A DNA stretch of 64,000 nt, from the NCBI GenBank assembly GCA_016933575.1, contig JAFGAR010000064.1, positions 32,001-96,000 of the forward strand, given 5' to 3'. This document shows, in pieces, positions 60,201 to 64,000 of the stretch. This DNA is from Candidatus Thorarchaeota archaeon (GTDB lineage: Archaea > Asgardarchaeota > Thorarchaeia > Thorarchaeales > Thorarchaeaceae). How positions within the stretch are numbered: the first letter of the stretch is position 1; each line of letters starts with the position of its first letter. The position numbers and the translations under genes were made by a program. A model generated the notes under the pieces. It searched no databases, was not told where the DNA came from, and saw nothing but the letters and a program-made list of their open reading frames with translations.

Positions 60201-62974
60201 TCCACAACTCCGTGGAGCGAGACTGATGTAAGTAGCTCATCCTGATCCGTAAAAAGTAGAAACTCTTCATTAGTATCTCCATCAAAATCAGTGACTACTG
60301 CACTGAGTGGCGTAGCCCCTGTAACCTGTATTGACCAATGCGTTGTTAATGATGTTTCAGCACTAACTAATTGAAGTTCTCCAGAGCTAAGCAGGACCAT
60401 TAGTTCATCGGTTTCACTACCCATTGCATCATGTGGAAATATGTAAGTAATGTCTTCATGAGGAATTGCATAATATTGGGTATCATTCATATTAGTCGTC
60501 GTCTGATCGAACACGAGTATACGTCCTGTTGGATCCGATCCATTCCAGTAATTAATAGCAGCAACGAATTCTTCTTCGCCTGTCAGCGCATTATATCTAC
60601 TCCAGATTCCAGGAGTATCTTGGTCTGAATACGCGCTGAGGTCAACATCAAGTGACCTAATGAATGACAGGTCATCAGCATTATGGAGATCAATAGCTGA
60701 ACTTGATCGAAGAATCGCAATATACCCATCGCCTGTACTGGCATCATTGATTACTGAAAAACCCCGAATTCCAACACTGCCAGCAATAGGCACTTGTGAC
60801 CAGCTTGTGTCTGAATCCATTTTAATTATCGAATATGGCGATGTATCTGATACGAGAAGCAATTCTTGGTTTCCATCACCGTCATCATCAATTACTCCTA
60901 GATAATTGAAACTCTTGTATGGGTAGGGACTGATTCCTTCATTAATTAGAGAGAGTGTAGATCCATGATATGCATGATATCCCAGGAATGAGCCACTCTT
61001 GTAGTAGTAGTCGAGTACAATGATATCTGCAACATTATCCCCATCTAGCATTGCAGTATAGACCTCGAAGTACTCCCATCTAGTTCCTCCGTTGACAATG
61101 GTCACATTATCAAGAACTGCACCAGAGCTTGAATACTGGGTGAGCGTTAAATCTTCGACACTTCTCTCTCTCTCAATTGTATAAATTACAGTCTGTCCGT
61201 CAGAAAGATTTCCGATATCTGATTGATGAGCTCTGTACGTTACATAGTCAGTATCACTCTTGTCTACTTGCCATACAAAATTACCCATAACATTGAAACT
61301 TAACGGATGTGTTGTGTTGCCCATATTGATTGTATTCAGATATGTGTCTTGGAATTCGAAGTAGTATTCATAGAGGCCAGTTACAAGATTTCCAATGAAC
61401 GCGTAGTATAGTCCTTCAGAATGGGAAGAATACATCTCGTCTTGTGGTTGAATCCAAGGACCCGCACCACCGACTCTCATGAAAATGTCTGCATGCTCAA
61501 TATCTGATGTTTCATTGACTTGTATTTGAATTGTCACGTAATCATCAAGAATTGTAGGGTGGCTTGGTTCCATCGGTAGTTGAGCCAGATCTGGAGGTGT
61601 GGAATCGCTCAGGAGTAAATAAACATCTCCCAGTACTCTACAGATGACATCGACCCTTGAATCTCCATTAGTATCAATTGTATCAATCTGGTATGAATTA
61701 GCTACATTACGCACATCAATCAGATATTCAGTATAGGCAAGATTACCATCATTACCACGGACTATTCCAAGACCACCATCGGTCGTACCAATAGCAAGAT
61801 CATCAAGTCCATCTGCATCCATTGGACCTACATCTTGTTTTTTATCACCGGGAATATAGATTCCAGATACTTCTCTTATTGGGAAACCCATATTTCCATT
61901 TCTGAAATAAGCTGTTTCTTGATCCCGACTGACAATGACTAGGTCCTCTTGGGTGTCAAGGTTAAAATCGCCAGTTTGTATTGACCTGTATGAACTATAG
62001 AGTAAATCCACATTTTGCGTATATGAAACTCCAAGAGTTGGACCCGAATAGACAACAATATCTCCATTCGATTCTATTGTGGCAATTTCATCGAGGCCGC
62101 TTCCCCATTGAAATGTCACCATATCTTGGATGCTATATGAAAGTAGAATTGATTGAAGCTGAGACCCATCAGCTGCGACCAAGGTCAAATTTCTCTGTCC
62201 ACTGGTACCTGCTGTATTCGCAAGAGCTATTGAATCCTCAGTGAGGCTAGCAAACTTACCAATTGCCAAACCATAACTATAATCCAAGAGAAATGAACCA
62301 ATTGTTGCATTGTTGTGTAGATCAAAAGTCAGAAAGTTATCATTGTTATTTGTATTCTTTATCACGGCGTCTGGATATTCATCACCACTAAAGTTGCCGA
62401 AACCGACCACTGATGCATAAAATGGTACGGGATATTTTGATACGACTCCATCATCTAAATCGACAACCAGAATGTAATACTGAGGATTGACATAATTACG
62501 AATCATAAATTCTGAATCGCCATCGTTATCGACATCGCATGCAATGATACCTGATCCCGACCAAGTGTTTCCTGCTGGAATTGATATATCCAAAGAGAAG
62601 TCATTTGCGATATCTACAAAATAGAGTTTATCCTCATCATCGATGACATATGCAAAACCCTGATGGCTTTGAACAGTTCCGACTGCAATTGGAATACTCG
62701 AAGAACCCGGCAATGTGTAATGATAAAGAGATTGTGCCGGTAGGAATCCATCACTATCATATAAACTTAGGTCTGTTGAAGATGGACCTAGATTTATCAT
62801 AATTGGCATTAGAAGCATGAATGAAATGAATGCTATCGTAATCAATCTAAAAATCCTCAAATCTGTGCTATGCATTTGCTTTGATTTGGGACGGTAACTA
62901 CTCTCTTTTCTGATTGCAGAATTAACACTCATTTTAGATGCATCCCTCTCTTTCTTGATGGTGGCATAGTTCAC
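57296..62974 (-). CDS. Giant FG-GAP/VCBS-repeat + Ig-like surface protein with C-terminal 7-TM domain
   Basis: N-terminal signal helix; repeated DxDxDG-like motifs (DVDNDGDSE, DFNLDTQED, DADGLDD, DTNGDSRVD, DGDNVAD, DDGDGNQE, DFDGDTNE); repeated D.YG.PV.GA Ig-like units; seven hydrophobic helices; acidic tail. Confidence 0.85.
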   Translation of the reverse strand: MNYATIKKERDASKMSVNSAIRKESSYRPKSKQMHSTDLRIFRLITIAFISFMLLMPIMINLGPSSTDLSLYDSDGFLPAQSLYHYTLPGSSSIPIAVGTVQSHQGFAYVIDDEDKLYFVDIANDFSLDISIPAGNTWSGSGIIACDVDNDGDSEFMIRNYVNPQYYILVVDLDDGVVSKYPVPFYASVVGFGNFSGDEYPDAVIKNTNNNDNFLTFDLHNNATIGSFLLDYSYGLAIGKFASLTEDSIALANTAGTSGQRNLTLVAADGSQLQSILLSYSIQDMVTFQWGSGLDEIATIESNGDIVVYSGPTLGVSYTQNVDLLYSSYRSIQTGDFNLDTQEDLVIVSRDQETAYFRNGNMGFPIREVSGIYIPGDKKQDVGPMDADGLDDLAIGTTDGGLGIVRGNDGNLAYTEYLIDVRNVANSYQIDTIDTNGDSRVDVICRVLGDVYLLLSDSTPPDLAQLPMEPSHPTILDDYVTIQIQVNETSDIEHADIFMRVGGAGPWIQPQDEMYSSHSEGLYYAFIGNLVTGLYEYYFEFQDTYLNTINMGNTTHPLSFNVMGNFVWQVDKSDTDYVTYRAHQSDIGNLSDGQTVIYTIERERSVEDLTLTQYSSSGAVLDNVTIVNGGTRWEYFEVYTAMLDGDNVADIIVLDYYYKSGSFLGYHAYHGSTLSLINEGISPYPYKSFNYLGVIDDDGDGNQELLLVSDTSPYSIIKMDSDTSWSQVPIAGSVGIRGFSVINDASTGDGYIAILRSSSAIDLHNADDLSFIRSLDVDLSAYSDQDTPGIWSRYNALTGEEEFVAAINYWNGSDPTGRILVFDQTTTNMNDTQYYAIPHEDITYIFPHDAMGSETDELMVLLSSGELQLVSAETSLTTHWSIQVTGATPLSAVVTDFDGDTNEEFLLFTDQDELLTSVSLHGVVEWTVKVGEVRNPLVIGNIDVVPGAEIAAYPFASINSMILGAVRNLDSSYLLDVSLSYSSTDLVQGESFSVNVTVLDIHGDIVDDASIYMTAHYMTPEGAGDNTFGFYYWAAEGKYSALTDVTWPIGTINLTITVDNGFYHLFHHSYENALVVRSNLHVDLQVPDIVQQGVNTSFRAIIFDNLGGVVDDATVTISIDSVVLGTIVSGQAHILEIPEVQLEAGNHIAVGRANHAYALAEGVRGKVFTVQVLTENLVISTDFPAIVQQDSVVGAWFNISDAYGHVIAGADVTLRSGPQVYGMIESPTSPGSYRFLHTISLGIGNQTFELSVNKPDVIGPPATEISFDVYGNLQPNVFYETRVEGGSWFTINIFVKDKYGPVFIGTSVTIDINGTLYTQIDTTGDPDYALTVQADFLMGENNFTIYVNATFANPWSGTFKIRAYSDAAASASITSSEGWTILQGERTRLELTLEDWIGRPVSGATVQFFVKALSYNLMEIGQGVYAVNMSTTGWAPGEYGYSVSVSHEDIKSGNAISGNITILGVLEFFVDFNPEQPSQGESLLIGITIVDAYGNPVPGLDVFVTTMGMPTMIAEESDQMGLYILFIEHLPITEGYGTKNISIEVEGQFVQSKEMATSFYLSVAEPEIGVMDTPTIFTFTGISFIVSLLGMFIYFRLAPTLRRTYSSKEELKRAVKRMDRLYILIILASIAGFIVSTQLYAVGDYGGALILTVALLGASVLLYGLWLYRDAVSAVMVTGALSKKRMIAGLGHLFFVPVVIVMILTYGTEIDWFKAYMIDQAFTIGEISIPTIMTTIFTAYLSSILVVVVNLYREVSKGLKRIEKMKDADTPTSIIQDERDTLVSRFSSSIRIKFLMFLVVVGAAAVTTMDFLQSYELGVIVLMPIAFLVVIPFISSKIVQVIDRASNPTIKAESEPFVKESIDSIPESPTEDVESLDESKDDSEEDTKTSSD

Positions 62975-63156
62975 TCAATTCCTCAGTAAGAACCTTACAG
63001 TGTACCATTCTAATGTGAATCGAGTGATTTCTCAAAGCACCACTCAGAAACTTTTGATTTTTTTCCTTTTATCGATTCTGTGCGTTTCTATGTTGATACC
63101 GATATGCTAAATATGATGATGTCCGGAAGAAAAATCAGTAATTGGAGAGTAGTTTC

Positions 63157-64000
63157 ATGGTTGAACATATCGCAATTATTGGCTGTGGTGCTGCTGGTGC
63201 AACAGCAGCCATGCAGGCTCGAAAATTCGATCGGAATGTCCAGATAACACTCTATAACAGTGAGAAGTATTCCCAATACTCTCGTTGTGGTCTGCCATAC
63301 ACAATATCAGGAAAAGTCAAAGCCTTTGATGATCTGGTTCTGATGCCAGCTGAGAACTGGGAGAGTCTGAATATATACGCAAAACTCGGGATTACTGTTA
63401 CTGATATTGATCACAGTAATCATGAACTCTCCTTTGGTGGAGTTGGTGGTGAAGGCAAACAGGAATATGATGCTCTCATCTTCGCAACTGGGGCTAAAAA
63501 TGCAGATCCTCCAATTACCGGACTGGAAAAGAAACGTGTGTACGGTCTAAGAACACTTGATGATGCAAAAGCGTTGGCAGAAGAGGCAAAGAAATCCAAG
63601 AATGCGGTCATCATCGGAGGTGGTCTAGTTGGGATGGAGGCCGCGGAAGCATTTCATGAACGAGGACTACATGTCACAGTTGTAGAGTTCTTGCCACACG
63701 TTCTCTTGGCAATGGTTGATCCAGACATGGCTCAGATTATTGAAGACCACTGTACAGAACATGGCCTTACGATATTGAATAACACTGCAGCCCAAGAGAT
63801 CAAGGGCAAAGATACTCCCACAGGTGTCATCGTGAAGAGTAGAGAATCTGGTGAAATATCAGAGATACCTGCAGATTTTGTAGTTGTTGCTACTGGTGTC
63901 CGTCCAGTCACTGAATTAGCTGAGAAGATTGGAGTGGAAATTGGACCAACTCGTGGAATCAAGACCGATGATAGAATGATGACGAACTTACAAGATGTCT
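63157..64000 (+). CDS. NADH oxidase / CoA-disulfide reductase family flavoprotein (3' end outside window)
   Basis: Absent from the ORF track because it has no stop in the window. Read directly: MVEHIAIIGCGAAG, YSRCGLPY (redox Cys), ATGA, IIGGGLVGMEAAE, ATGVRP. Confidence 0.9.
   Translation, partial: MVEHIAIIGCGAAGATAAMQARKFDRNVQITLYNSEKYSQYSRCGLPYTISGKVKAFDDLVLMPAENWESLNIYAKLGITVTDIDHSNHELSFGGVGGEGKQEYDALIFATGAKNADPPITGLEKKRVYGLRTLDDAKALAEEAKKSKNAVIIGGGLVGMEAAEAFHERGLHVTVVEFLPHVLLAMVDPDMAQIIEDHCTEHGLTILNNTAAQEIKGKDTPTGVIVKSRESGEISEIPADFVVVATGVRPVTELAEKIGVEIGPTRGIKTDDRMMTNLQDV

Noticed and set aside
1-64000. rRNA, tRNA, prophage, integrase or defence island
   Set aside because: No such sequence signatures were recognised by eye; a tRNAscan/Infernal run would be needed to exclude small RNAs fully.

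Overview
Archaeal chromosomal window, very probably Asgard and most like Thorarchaeia. The assignment is an inference from the Rab-like small GTPase, huge Tyr/Trp-rich surface proteins, archaeal-type GGR/ACD/TrpB2 and GGTGA/GGAGG ribosome-binding sites. Housekeeping genes: mutL, mutS, transaldolase, rpe, an ABC exporter, two MFS transporters, a PerR/Fur-catalase pair, trpB2, ACD-alpha, a 2-phosphoglycerate-kinase-like protein, SSB, an aminotransferase, a histidine kinase, a receiver protein and a partial NADH oxidase. The best candidate for a new system is a rewired complex-I-like respiratory locus (about 29.3-46.5 kb). It has no NuoEFG. NuoB is absent from the nuoAJKCDHI-M2-L-M-N operon and is instead fused to the C-terminus of a GlcD/VAO-type FAD oxidoreductase. 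That gene is divergently paired, through mirror-image promoters, with an HdrD/GlpC-like CCG protein. The membrane arm has four antiporter subunits, NuoL has a 26-residue duplication in its lateral helix, and NuoD lacks both the NiFe ligands and the quinone-binding Tyr. A second highlight is a ~1890-aa protein combining FG-GAP-like and Ig-like extracellular regions with a C-terminal 7-TM domain of N-out/C-in (adhesion-GPCR-like) topology. Structured leaders precede trpB2 (with Trp-containing uORFs) and the giant surface-protein gene. No rRNA, tRNA, CRISPR array or mobile element was recognised. All calls come from motif reading only; no searches were run.
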